Of a DNA stretch of 64,000 nucleotides, positions 1 to 13,123 are shown piece by piece (positions within the stretch are counted from its first letter, which is position 1; each line of letters begins with the position of its first letter). Origin of the DNA: Candidatus Eiseniibacteriota bacterium. Lineage in GTDB: Bacteria > Eisenbacteria > RBG-16-71-46. The translations under genes and the position numbers were made by a program. Under the pieces are notes generated by a model, which did not search any database, was not told where the DNA came from, and saw only the letters and a list, made by a program, of their open reading frames with translations. Where the stretch lies: assembly GCA_044223005.1 (NCBI GenBank), contig JBGAML010000009.1:96001-160000 (forward strand). Reading direction: 5' to 3'.

Positions 1-2067
1 GGCAATGCGCTTTCGGGCGTCATCAGCGTGACCACGAAGGAAGGCTCGGACCACTTCAGCGGCGACGTCCGCTGGGACACCGACCGCTACGGCGACCCGA
101 CCAAGACCTTCGACGACTTCGACAAGTTCACGTTCGGGTTCGGCGGCCCGACGCCCATCAAGAACCTGACCTACTTCGCGACCTACGAGGGCACGTTCGC
201 GAACGCGTATCCGCGTTCGAACCTGACGCAGCCGCGCCGCACGCTGCTGGACTTCGTCCAGTTCGGCAACCGCGCGAACAACCAGGTGAACACGAACTTC
301 AAGCTCGCGTACCGCGTGAACACCAAGAACAAGGTCACGTTCGAGACCATCAACAACCACACGATCAGCACGGCGTACAACCACATGTGGAGCCGCAAGG
401 GCTACGTGCAGGTCCTGTTCGACACCACGCGTGTCGTGGGGCAGCCCGACAAGATCACGCCCCGCTACGGCTCGTGGTCGCCGACGCAGGTCGACTCGAC
501 CTACTCGGCGATGAACATGGCCGACCACTACCCGACGTTGGACGACCGCTTCCAGCAGTTCACGAGCGTGTGGACGAACCAGCTGTCGGACAAGAGCGTG
601 TGGACCACCCGCGTGTCGAACCTGAACTTCCACACGCTCTACTCGGTGGGGCAGAAGGAGCCGTGGGAGTACGACACGCAGAGCCCGTTCTACTGGAACG
701 GCAACCTCGCGTACGGCACGGAGAACAACCCGTACTTCGCGACGCACGGCGACTACCCGGTGTACTTCAACCGCAACACGCAGGTCTGGAACGTGAAGAG
801 TGACTTCACCACGCGTCGCTGGAAGCAGCACACGGTCAAGACCGGCCTCGAGGGCAAGTACAACCGCGTCCAGAACCTCTCGCTCAACTCGCCCAACGGC
901 GAGTCGAACGGCCTGCCCGGTGGCACGCGCTCGGACTACGTGAACTACAACCCCGAGGGCGCCGCGTACGTGCAGGACCGGTGGGAGTTCGAAGGCCTCG
1001 TTCTCAACGCCGGCATCCGCTACGACCTGTTCACGCCGGGCCAGCAGATCGCCCTCGTGGACCTGCCCAGCGGCCGCCGCTACAAGCAGCAGTTCAGCCC
1101 GCGCCTCGGCATCGCCTACCCGGTGTCGGATCGCGACGTGCTGAGCTTCCACTACGGCTGGACGTACCAGACGCCCGCGCGCTCGTTCGTCTTCGAGAAC
1201 CGCGGCATCAGCTCGTCGGTGGGCATCAAGGGCAACCCGGACCTCGAGCCAGAAACCAACATCGCCTACCAGGCCGGCGTGCAGCACCTCTTCTCGCGCG
1301 ACATCTCGGGCCAGTTCTCGGTGTTCTTCAAGGACATCTACGGCCTGATCACGACGCGCCAGGAGCGTGACGACAGCGGCAACCTGGTCAACGTGTACTT
1401 CAACGGCGATTACGCGTCGGCGCGCGGCTTCGAGGCGAGTCTCTCGAAGAGCTTCAGCCACAAGTTCTCGGCCGACATCAACTACACGTACTCGATCGCC
1501 ACGGGCGTCGCGTCGGACCCGAACCAGGCGCTCCAGTTCTTCAACGGCGGCGTGCTCTACCTGCCGATTTCGGAGCAGCCGCTCGACTGGGACCAGCGCA
1601 ACACGATCAGCCTGAACGCGACGATCCGCGATCCCGGCAAGTGGGGCTTCCGCATGCTGTGGACGTACGGCTCGGGCTTCCCGTTCACGCCGACGTTCCG
1701 CAATGACCGCCGTCCGGATCCGGTGCTCAACAACTCGCGGCGCATGCCGTCCGAGTCGCGCCTGACGATCGACGGTGACAAGTACTACAAGGTGTGGGGC
1801 CAGAACGTGACCCTGTTCGTCGACGCCCGCAACGTGCTCGATGCGAAGAACATCGCCAGCCTGAGCGTGGGTTCGTACCCGAACCCGAACGTGAACACGG
1901 CCGGTGGCGACGACTACATGATCTACTACACGGAGACCGGCCGTGCGGGTGGCGCGTACCTGCAGGACCTCAACGGTGACGGCGTGCCCGACTGGGTGCC
2001 GGTGCACGATCCGCGGGTGTTCGAGGAAGGGCGCAGCGTGCGCATGGGCGTGAGCATCGCGTTCTAG
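1..2067 (+). CDS. TonB-dependent outer-membrane receptor (5' truncated)
   Basis: Frame is open from base 1 (GNALSGVISVTTKEG, plug-end motif). Also AYVQDRWEF, NAGIRYD, FSPRLGIAY, GNPDLEPE and a C-terminal Phe. Confidence 0.92.
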   Translation, partial: GNALSGVISVTTKEGSDHFSGDVRWDTDRYGDPTKTFDDFDKFTFGFGGPTPIKNLTYFATYEGTFANAYPRSNLTQPRRTLLDFVQFGNRANNQVNTNFKLAYRVNTKNKVTFETINNHTISTAYNHMWSRKGYVQVLFDTTRVVGQPDKITPRYGSWSPTQVDSTYSAMNMADHYPTLDDRFQQFTSVWTNQLSDKSVWTTRVSNLNFHTLYSVGQKEPWEYDTQSPFYWNGNLAYGTENNPYFATHGDYPVYFNRNTQVWNVKSDFTTRRWKQHTVKTGLEGKYNRVQNLSLNSPNGESNGLPGGTRSDYVNYNPEGAAYVQDRWEFEGLVLNAGIRYDLFTPGQQIALVDLPSGRRYKQQFSPRLGIAYPVSDRDVLSFHYGWTYQTPARSFVFENRGISSSVGIKGNPDLEPETNIAYQAGVQHLFSRDISGQFSVFFKDIYGLITTRQERDDSGNLVNVYFNGDYASARGFEASLSKSFSHKFSADINYTYSIATGVASDPNQALQFFNGGVLYLPISEQPLDWDQRNTISLNATIRDPGKWGFRMLWTYGSGFPFTPTFRNDRRPDPVLNNSRRMPSESRLTIDGDKYYKVWGQNVTLFVDARNVLDAKNIASLSVGSYPNPNVNTAGGDDYMIYYTETGRAGGAYLQDLNGDGVPDWVPVHDPRVFEEGRSVRMGVSIAF

Positions 2068-2083
2068 CGGCGGACTGCGTCGC

Positions 2084-5014
2084 ATGAGGAGTTTCGACGA
2101 AATGAGACGAACTGACATCCGCATCGCGATGGTGGCGCTGGTCGTGGCCACGGTCGCCGCGTGGGTCGTGCCGGCGTTCGCCCACATCCAAGAGGGCGAT
2201 CCCGAGTACCAGCAGATCCAGGAGCTGGAAAAGCAACTGGCGGCGGACCGCAGTGCCACGACGATGAACTCGGGCCGGCGGCAGCGCCCGGCGGACATCC
2301 CGGACATCTTCGGTCCGGGCGCCGTGCTCACGGTCGGCAACGTGGTCATGAAGTGCACGAACTACGGTCTCGACGGCAATCCGTTCCCGGCGTTGTCGTC
2401 GGATCCGTCGGGCCAGTGGCCCGGCGCGTCCTCGGTCGAGTACCTGAACTACATCGGCATCGCGGTGGGCGCCGTGAATCCGTTCGCGACCGATCCGACC
2501 GCCGTCCGGCGCGTGAGTTCGATCACCGAGTGGCGGCCACCGACGCTGGATCCCGAGGACCGCATGTACCGGTCCTACGACGGCATCCTGAACGGCCAGC
2601 GCTACGTCAACGACGATGGCGACTTCGATCCGCTCACGGGCGAGGCGCGTATCGACGAGGACTTCCTCGACGGCCGTGACAACGACGGCGACGGCCTGAT
2701 CGACGAGGACTTCGCGGCCATCGGCCAGCAGATGTACACGTGCGTGATGCGCGACGACACGCCGGGCGCGATCAACTCGGCCGGCACCGAGCGCCACGTC
2801 CCACTGGTGATGGAGATCCAGAAGAGCGACTGGGCGTACTCGATTCCCGGGTACACCGACTTCGACGTCATCCAGTACGACATCTACAACCGCTCGGGGC
2901 ACCAGCTGGACTCGGTCGTCATCGGTATTCGCGACGACATGGACTGCGGCCCGGCGAGCGAGTCGAGCTACTGGAGCGACGACTTCAACCTGCCCTTCTA
3001 TCCGCACGGCAATTTCATCGTCCAGACCAAGGACAGCGACCTGCGCGCCCAGAAGGCGACCGATCGCACCGACGTGATCGGCGTGGCGGCCGACTCGGCG
3101 CTCTGCCCGAGCTACAAGCTGCGCGTCCAGGGCTGGTCGGTCGCGGACGACAACGGCGACAACGGCAAGACGAAGGGTATCGGCAGCATCCTGCTGATCG
3201 ACCACACGATCGATCCGACCGGCGCCGAAGGTCCCAGCACGGTGGGGATCCGCTCCTTCCGTTCGTTCACCGGCGGTACGCCCTACGGCCAGGGTGGTGC
3301 GCCGACGATCGACCAGCAGCGCTTCGAGTCCATGACGGGCAACGAGAACATCGACCCGGTGACCGGGTTCATCACGCTGCCCACGGGTGACCAGAAGGGC
3401 GACTACTCGGAATGGGTGTCGTTCGGGCCCTGGCTGCACCTGCCGGACGGCGGGCACCTCACCCTCACGCTCGCGTTCGCGGTCGCGCTCGGTCAGTACG
3501 AGAAGGTGACCAACTACACCTCGGACTACGACCGTGCGGTCGACCAGGCCGCGGGCGCCGTCACGAACGGTGCGGAACTCCTCGCGAAGTATCCGTCGCT
3601 CGAGAACGCGCTCGCCGCCCAGATCGCCTTCGAGGGCGCGTACGAAGTGCGTGTGTGGCCCTGGCTGACCAACAGCTACGGCCGCGAGACCAAGCTCAAG
3701 GTGCCGCGCGGTGGCGGTACGATCTTCAAGAAGGACTGCCGCGACCAGGTCGAGCGTCCGGTCGGCGAGAACCAGTACGAGTGGTTCGACTTCGATTGCG
3801 ACTACTGCACGGGCGCCTTCTCCAAGTCCAAGGGCGGCCTGTTCCACCGCTCGTGGCTGGCCGAAGCGCCGCCGCCGAGCCCGGCGACGAACCTGGCGAC
3901 GACCTACAACTACACCGACAATCCGGACCGCCGCTTCATCGCCGCCGGCAACAACGTGGTGACGCTGGCGTGGGACAACCTGTCCGAGGTGACGCCGGAT
4001 CCCAAGTCGGGCCAGTTCGACTTCCGCGGCTACAAGATCTGGAAGGTCGCCAACTGGCAGCGGCCCGTGGGCGCCGGTGGCCCCTACGAGGACGACTGGA
4101 CGCTGCTCTCGGAGTACCGGCTGTTCGACCACGCGGCGACGAACGCGATCCGTCCGTGCCCGCCCGAGAGCATCGGCCCGGGCAAGCCGTGCGGTACCGG
4201 CGTCGCGCCGGGCGACACGCTGTGGCCGGTGGTGTTCGTGCCGCAGACGGGCCAGTACAAGACCCTCAAGCTCTACAACGGCGACCTGTGGGACAAGCAG
4301 AGCGGCACGGTCCTGCACCCGGATCCGACGGTGAACTGCACCAACTGGCCGGACTGCAAGACGGTCCTCGGCTACCCGCTCGGCCTCACGACGGGTGCGC
4401 AGATCTCGCGCACCCAGTACCCGGTCGGTCGCTGGCACGTCGAAGACCACCAGGTGAAGAACGGCTTCGTCTACTTCTACTCGGTCACCGCGTTCGACTC
4501 GACCGGCCAGGGCCTTACGCTGGCCGAGCTCAACAGCCGCCGTTCGGCGGTCGAGGCCGACGGTGTCGTGCCGCAGGCCGCGGCCGACACGGTGAACAAG
4601 GGTTCGAAGGTCTGGGTGGTCCCGAATCCGTACCGCGGGGTCAAGCAGATCAAGGACCGTCCGTCGACCTGGGACCTGACGCCGAACGCGTCGGACCCGA
4701 CGGGCACGCACGTCGACTTCCTCGGCCTGCCGCGCGGGGAGTGGGCGATCAAGATCTTCACCGTCTCGGGTGACCTGGTCCAGACGCTCCATTCGTACGA
4801 TGCCGTGAACGAGTCGATTCGCAGCTCGGTGACGGACAACGAAGGCCAGACGCATCCGGGTTACAATCGCCAGTCCGACAACTACAACGACGGCGAAGCG
4901 CGCTGGAACCTGATCTCGCGCAACGGGCAGGACGTCGTCAGTGGTATCTACCTGTTCACCGTCGAAGTGGGCGGGAGCGTCAAGCACCGCGGCAAGTTCG
5001 TCATCATCCGCTAG
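2084..5014 (+). CDS. Large secreted protein with FN3-like region and T9SS-type C-terminal domain
   Basis: Signal peptide (VALVVATVAAWVVPAFA-H), DNDGDGLIDED acidic loop, VTLAWD..FRGYKIW..YFYSVTAFD, and C-terminal VVPNPY..IKIFTVSGDLV..WNL..SGIYLF..GKFVIIR. Start may be 2102 or 2129. Confidence 0.75.
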   Translation: MRSFDEMRRTDIRIAMVALVVATVAAWVVPAFAHIQEGDPEYQQIQELEKQLAADRSATTMNSGRRQRPADIPDIFGPGAVLTVGNVVMKCTNYGLDGNPFPALSSDPSGQWPGASSVEYLNYIGIAVGAVNPFATDPTAVRRVSSITEWRPPTLDPEDRMYRSYDGILNGQRYVNDDGDFDPLTGEARIDEDFLDGRDNDGDGLIDEDFAAIGQQMYTCVMRDDTPGAINSAGTERHVPLVMEIQKSDWAYSIPGYTDFDVIQYDIYNRSGHQLDSVVIGIRDDMDCGPASESSYWSDDFNLPFYPHGNFIVQTKDSDLRAQKATDRTDVIGVAADSALCPSYKLRVQGWSVADDNGDNGKTKGIGSILLIDHTIDPTGAEGPSTVGIRSFRSFTGGTPYGQGGAPTIDQQRFESMTGNENIDPVTGFITLPTGDQKGDYSEWVSFGPWLHLPDGGHLTLTLAFAVALGQYEKVTNYTSDYDRAVDQAAGAVTNGAELLAKYPSLENALAAQIAFEGAYEVRVWPWLTNSYGRETKLKVPRGGGTIFKKDCRDQVERPVGENQYEWFDFDCDYCTGAFSKSKGGLFHRSWLAEAPPPSPATNLATTYNYTDNPDRRFIAAGNNVVTLAWDNLSEVTPDPKSGQFDFRGYKIWKVANWQRPVGAGGPYEDDWTLLSEYRLFDHAATNAIRPCPPESIGPGKPCGTGVAPGDTLWPVVFVPQTGQYKTLKLYNGDLWDKQSGTVLHPDPTVNCTNWPDCKTVLGYPLGLTTGAQISRTQYPVGRWHVEDHQVKNGFVYFYSVTAFDSTGQGLTLAELNSRRSAVEADGVVPQAAADTVNKGSKVWVVPNPYRGVKQIKDRPSTWDLTPNASDPTGTHVDFLGLPRGEWAIKIFTVSGDLVQTLHSYDAVNESIRSSVTDNEGQTHPGYNRQSDNYNDGEARWNLISRNGQDVVSGIYLFTVEVGGSVKHRGKFVIIR

Positions 5015-5038
5015 CGGCGAGCTGAAGGAGGAGGAATC

Positions 5039-5983
5039 GTGAAGAGATGGATCGCGGCGGTGGCCCTTGCCGGTGTGCTGGTGCCGGGACTGGCTCACTC
5101 CGCCAATATCTTCGAGAAGGTCGGTACGTTCGACGGGCAGTTCCTCAAGATCGACGTCGGCGCGCGCGGCTCCGCGATGGGCGGGGCGTTCGTGGCCGTC
5201 GCGGATGACGCCACCGCGCTCTACTGGAACGCGGCCGGCATCGCCCGCATCGACGCCGACAAGTCGGAGCTGTCGCTGAACCACGCGAACTGGCCCGCCG
5301 AGCTGTCGTTCGACCAGATCGGGTACGTCTTCCACCTGAAGAAGATCCCGGGTGCGTTCGGCGTGCACGCGCGGGCGCTGTCGATGTCCCCGATGGACGA
5401 GACGACTGCCTACCAGCCGTACGGTACCGGCCGCACGTTCGACGCGGGCATGATGGCGTTCGGCTTCACGTATGCGCGCTCGTTCACCGACAAGTTCAGC
5501 GCGGGTGTCACGGCGAACGTGCTCCACGAAGGACTCGCCGACTACAACGTGCAGACGATGTCGTTCGACGTCGGTACGCTCTACGACGTGGGTACGGCCG
5601 GCATGAAGATCGGCATGGCGATCTCGAACATCGGGTCCGAAATGCAGTTCATCGACCGCAGCGCGCGCATCCCCGCGATCTTCCGCGTGGGCACGTCGGC
5701 GACGCTGCTGTCGAACCCGGACCAGAAGCTCGTCGGCTCGTTCGAGTTCTCGCATCCGCCGGACAACTCCGAGCGCATGAACGTCGGTGGCGAGTACTCG
5801 TTCCACAAGTACCTGTTCCTGCGTGGCGGCTACAACCTGAACTACGACTCGCAGGGCCTCGCCGCGGGCGTGGGCTTCCACTTCCCGGTGTCGGTCGCGG
5901 GCATGGCGGATCTCGACTATGCCTACACCGACATGCTGGACCTGGGCGCCGCGCACCGCTTCTCGCTCAAGTTCCAGTTCTGA
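5039..5983 (+). CDS. PorV/PorQ-family (FadL-like) outer-membrane barrel
   Basis: FLKIDVGARGSAMGGAFVAVADDATALYWNAAG signature, signal peptide, C-terminal Phe, strong AGGAGG RBS before GTG. Confidence 0.85.
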   Translation: MKRWIAAVALAGVLVPGLAHSANIFEKVGTFDGQFLKIDVGARGSAMGGAFVAVADDATALYWNAAGIARIDADKSELSLNHANWPAELSFDQIGYVFHLKKIPGAFGVHARALSMSPMDETTAYQPYGTGRTFDAGMMAFGFTYARSFTDKFSAGVTANVLHEGLADYNVQTMSFDVGTLYDVGTAGMKIGMAISNIGSEMQFIDRSARIPAIFRVGTSATLLSNPDQKLVGSFEFSHPPDNSERMNVGGEYSFHKYLFLRGGYNLNYDSQGLAAGVGFHFPVSVAGMADLDYAYTDMLDLGAAHRFSLKFQF

Positions 5984-6116
5984 GGCGGCCACGGAACTCC
6001 TCCTCCGCTCCGCTTCGAGATCGGCGCGCTCCCGCTCGGGGGCGCGCCGATCGTGCATTGCGGCGCTGATCGCCGCGGCACTGGCCGTCGCGGCTCCGGC
6101 GGCGCGGGCCGAGCGC

Positions 6117-7496
6117 ATGGAAAGCGATCCGCCCTGGCGAGCGGGAGGGGGCGTCGCCTTCAGCGTCGATGCGATCGCCATGCCCGATTCCACCGCGGGT
6201 TCGCTCGATCTCTCGATCCGCGTACCGCCCGCGACGATCGCCAAGCTGTGGCGGGCCGAGGACGGCTCCGCGAAGCTCCACCTGGAAGCGGTCGTGAAGG
6301 GCCGTCCCGTCGGGACGCGGCGCTCCGAGCAGGACATCGTGCTGGCTGCCGGAGACTCCGTCCTCGGCTACGGCAAGGTGCTGGCGATGCGGTTCGCGGC
6401 GCCCGCCGGCCGGTACGACGTACGCGTCCGTCTCGTCGACATGCTCTCGCACAAGCGCGGCATCGCCCTGCGCACCGAGGACACGCACGAGGCCTCCGCG
6501 GTCTCGGGCACCGTCATCGTCCCGGCGCCTCAGGCCGGGAGGGACTTGTCGGGGATCCAGTTCACCTGGCCGGAGCCCCGCGGCGGTGGTTCGCTCGCGT
6601 TCGTGCGCAACGGCCGCATGTCCGTGCCGAATCCGGACCGTCTCTACGGCCTGTTCGCCGAGCATCTGAGCGCGCGGTTCGTCGCCCGCGCGCGCAGCGC
6701 GACCGACGTGCGCCCGTGGCACTGGGTGGCGCGCGTGTTCGACTCGCAGGGCCAGGGCGTGGCGCAGCACGAGACGACGACGGTGGCCACCGCGGTGCTC
6801 GACGCCGAAGTGGCGTTCGACGTGTCGCACGAGCCCGCCGGCGCCTACTCGCTCGAGATCAAGGCGTGGCAGGACGGCGACGCCGGAGCGCTCGTGCGCC
6901 GCGGCATCTTCAGCATCGGCTGGCAGAAGGACACGTGGCTCCGCAGCGCGGTGGACATCGCCGACGACGCGCACTTCCTGCTCAGCGCCGACGAGGAGCA
7001 GGACTTCGTCGTCATGCCGCCGGGGCAGCAGGAGCGGCTGCTGCAGGACTTCTGGTCCCAGCGCGATCCGTCGCCCGAGACGGCCGAGAACGAGGCGTAC
7101 GAGACGTTCGTGCGCCGCGTCGAGCACGCGAACGAGGTCTTCTCGCGCACGGGCGTGGGCAAGGGCATGTTTTCGGACATGGGCCGCGTCTACATCCGCT
7201 ACGGCGAGCCCACCGAGGTGCTCAAGCAGGTGATGCCGGCCGGCAACGAGACGCTCACCGAGCAGCTGCAGTCGATCCTCAACACCGAATCGCGCAGCCC
7301 CGACGGCGTGCAGTCGCACGGCCTCGGTGGCGACCAGCGCCCGTACGAGGTGTGGGAGTACGAAGGCGAAGTGCCGCTGCCGCTCGACGTCGATCCGCAC
7401 GATCCGTCGCGTGGTCACTCGAAGCGGCGCATCCTGTTCCTGTTCGTCGACGAACAGGGCACGGGGCAGTATCGCCTGCGCTATTCGACCGAATAG
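6117..7496 (+). CDS. GWxTD-domain protein (start uncertain, probably upstream of 6117)
   Basis: FWSQRDPSPETAENE..RVEHANEVF..GMFSDMGRVYIRYGEP..YEVWEY..FLFVD..G.YRL. A signal-peptide-like stretch is in frame just upstream of the first ATG. Confidence 0.8.
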   Translation: MESDPPWRAGGGVAFSVDAIAMPDSTAGSLDLSIRVPPATIAKLWRAEDGSAKLHLEAVVKGRPVGTRRSEQDIVLAAGDSVLGYGKVLAMRFAAPAGRYDVRVRLVDMLSHKRGIALRTEDTHEASAVSGTVIVPAPQAGRDLSGIQFTWPEPRGGGSLAFVRNGRMSVPNPDRLYGLFAEHLSARFVARARSATDVRPWHWVARVFDSQGQGVAQHETTTVATAVLDAEVAFDVSHEPAGAYSLEIKAWQDGDAGALVRRGIFSIGWQKDTWLRSAVDIADDAHFLLSADEEQDFVVMPPGQQERLLQDFWSQRDPSPETAENEAYETFVRRVEHANEVFSRTGVGKGMFSDMGRVYIRYGEPTEVLKQVMPAGNETLTEQLQSILNTESRSPDGVQSHGLGGDQRPYEVWEYEGEVPLPLDVDPHDPSRGHSKRRILFLFVDEQGTGQYRLRYSTE

Positions 7497-7555
7497 CGGC
7501 GACGTCCCGTTTCACTCCATTTTCCGCTGCGAATCCTCCCGCCGGGGTCGCACAC

Positions 7556-7584
7556 TTGACCGGCCCGATGCGGTTCGCCATAGT
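7556..7584 (+). promoter_or_regulatory. sigma70-type promoter for glycolytic operon
   Basis: TTGACC-17 nt-CATAGT in the intergenic region before pfkA. Confidence 0.55.
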
Positions 7585-7665
7585 CCAATCGGATTCAGAC
7601 GGCCGCCCCACATCGTGTTTCATGCACGGTTTTCGCGGCCGCAGCGGGGGTGGAGGAGTTTCGAG

Positions 7666-9761
<2,096 letters not shown>

Positions 9762-9768
9762 GCCGGCC

Positions 9769-10985
<1,217 letters not shown>

Positions 10986-10989
<4 letters not shown>

Positions 10990-11777
10990 GCGGCTCCTGG
11001 CCTCGCCGCCCGCGGCTCGTCGCGGGCAACTGGAAGATGCACAAGACCGCGTCCGAGGGTGCGGCGCTGGCGCGCGAGTTCGTCGCGCTCCGCGCCGCGG
11101 ATCCCGCGGGCTCGAACTGCGCGATCGCGCTCTGCCCGCCGTTCCCCGCGCTCGCGGCGGTCGGCGACGCGGTGCGCGGCAGCGGCGTCCACCTCGGCGC
11201 GCAGAACATGCACGCCGAGGAGAAGGGCGCGTTCACGGGCGAGGTCTCCGGGGCGATGCTCGCCGCGGTGGGCTGCCGCTTCGTGATCCTCGGGCACTCC
11301 GAGCGCCGGCACATCATGGGCGAGACCGACGAGCAGGTGGCGAAGAAGCTGCGCGCCGCCCTGCGCGACGGGCTCACGCCCATCGTCTGCGTCGGCGAGC
11401 TGCTCGCCGAGCGCGAGGCGAACCAGACGGCGGAGGTGCTCGTGCGGCAGATCGCCGCGGCCTACGCCGGGCTGGACGCCGCGACGGCGAAGTCCACCGT
11501 GGTCGCGTACGAGCCCGTGTGGGCGATCGGCACCGGCAAGGTGGCGACGCCCGAGCAGGCGCGGGACGCGCACCGGGTCGTGCGGGCGACGCTGGACAAG
11601 GTCGTCGGCGCGGGCACGGGCACGGACGTGGCGATCCTCTACGGTGGGAGCGTCAACGCGGCCAATGCGGCGACGTTGTTCGCCGAGGACGACCTGGACG
11701 GTGCCCTGGTGGGCGGAGCGGCCCTCGAGGCCGCGTCGTTCTGGAAGATCGCCGCGGCTGCCGCGGCGGCCCGCTGA
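10986..11777 (+). CDS. tpiA: Triosephosphate isomerase
   Basis: AGNWKM, GHSERR, AYEPVWAIGTG; GTGA overlap with pgk stop. Confidence 0.97.
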
Positions 11778-11839
11778 GGGACGGAAACGGGGGTGGGCCG
11801 GGCCTCGCGCCCGGCCCGCCGGCTCCAGGCCCGGTCCCG

Positions 11840-11869
11840 TTGACGCAGGGGCGGGCCGGCTGGTAGATT
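11840..11869 (+). promoter_or_regulatory. sigma70-type promoter for secG/tRNA-Leu
   Basis: TTGACG-18 nt-TAGATT with extended TG. Confidence 0.5.
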
Positions 11870-11924
11870 GTTCGACCGTTTCGTGCCCTGTGGGCGCGCG
11901 AGCTTCCATCTTCGTGAGGACAGC

Positions 11925-12323
11925 ATGTACGGCGTCGTTCTGGGACTTCATCTCGTCGTCTGCCTTGCCTTGGTCGGGGTCATCCTCGTCCAGTCCGGCA
12001 AGGGCGGCGGCCTCGCCGGTGGTGCATTCGGTGGTGCCACGCAGACCGTCTTCGGCGGCCGCGGTGCGACCGACTTCATCACGCGCGCGACGATCATCCT
12101 CGGCGTGACGTTCTTCGTCACCTCGTTCTCGCTCGCGCTCATGACCGCCAACGGCGGCCGTGGCGCCGGCAAGAGCCTGATGCAGGCCGAGGCCAAGCGC
12201 GCGGCGGCGGCCCAGTCCGCGCAGCCGACGCGCGGCAACATGGCGCCCCAGCAGGGCGGCCAGACGGCGCCCGCGGCGCCCGCGCCGGCCACGCCGGCTC
12301 CGGCCGCCGGAGGAACGCGCTGA
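11925..12323 (+). CDS. secG: Preprotein translocase subunit SecG
   Basis: Two TM helices flanking LVQSGKGGGLAGGAFGG; tpiA-secG-tRNA-Leu synteny. Confidence 0.93.
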   Translation: MYGVVLGLHLVVCLALVGVILVQSGKGGGLAGGAFGGATQTVFGGRGATDFITRATIILGVTFFVTSFSLALMTANGGRGAGKSLMQAEAKRAAAAQSAQPTRGNMAPQQGGQTAPAAPAPATPAPAAGGTR

Positions 12324-12348
12324 CGCCGGACCGAAAACGGACTTCCGT

Positions 12349-12433
<85 letters not shown>

Positions 12434-12445
12434 CGGAGATCGCAG

Positions 12446-12480
12446 GAGGCCTCGCCGACAGGCGGGGCCTTCGTGTTTGT
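12446..12480 (+). terminator. Putative intrinsic terminator after tRNA
   Basis: Hairpin GAGGCCTCGCC-GACA-GGCGGGGCCTT followed by a T-rich tail. Confidence 0.6.
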
Positions 12481-12622
12481 GGGCGCGAGCTGGTGATGGG
12501 ATGGCTGCGCGATGCGGGGGCACCCGCGGCAACTCGGGATTCCGGGAATGAAAACGCGCCGGGCGGGGTATCCCGTCCGGCGCGTCGTCCTTCGGTCGCG
12601 CGGGAGTGTTCCGGCAGCGGAC

Positions 12623-13123
12623 CTAGGGGAGGATCTCGCGGGTGTAGCCCTCGAGCGTTTCGGCATCCACGTAGCCGACCACGCGGCGCACGATCTGGCC
12701 CTTGCGGTTGATGAAGATCGTGGTCGGGATCGAGCGGATCGGGCCGTACGCGTCGAGCACCTCGTCGTTGGCCAGCGCGATCGTGAACCGCAGCTTGAGC
12801 CCGTCGGCGAAGCGCCGCACGGGCGCGGGGCCGGTCTCGTCGACCGACATGCCGATCACGGCGAGACCCTTGGAGGCGTAGCGCTGGTTGAGGGCGTTCA
12901 GGTGCGGCATGCTCGCGCGGCACGGGCCGCACCAGGTCGCCCAGAAGTCCACGATCACCGGACGGTTGCGGTAATCCGAAAGGCGGACCGGGCGGCCGTC
13001 GAGGCTCTTCACCGAAAACGCGGGAGCCGCGACGTCGCCGGCGAACGCGGGCGCCGCCGACGCGAGCGCGACCGCGAGAGCCAGCGGGGCCAGCCGGGAG
13101 GAGAGCGGGAAGCCGTGATGCAC
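12623..13123 (-). CDS. TlpA/ResA-like thiol-disulfide oxidoreductase
   Basis: VDFWATWCGPC, SIPTT cis-Pro loop, signal peptide; GTG start after AAAGGA. Confidence 0.9.
   Translation of the reverse strand: MHHGFPLSSRLAPLALAVALASAAPAFAGDVAAPAFSVKSLDGRPVRLSDYRNRPVIVDFWATWCGPCRASMPHLNALNQRYASKGLAVIGMSVDETGPAPVRRFADGLKLRFTIALANDEVLDAYGPIRSIPTTIFINRKGQIVRRVVGYVDAETLEGYTREILP

Noticed and set aside
1970..6337. 1455-aa minus-strand ORF and many other long shadow ORFs (e.g. 48866..53803, 36121..39888, 10320..13235)
   Set aside because: Antisense or off-frame to well-supported genes, Arg/Ala/Gly-rich and motif-free; expected from stop-codon scarcity at high GC.
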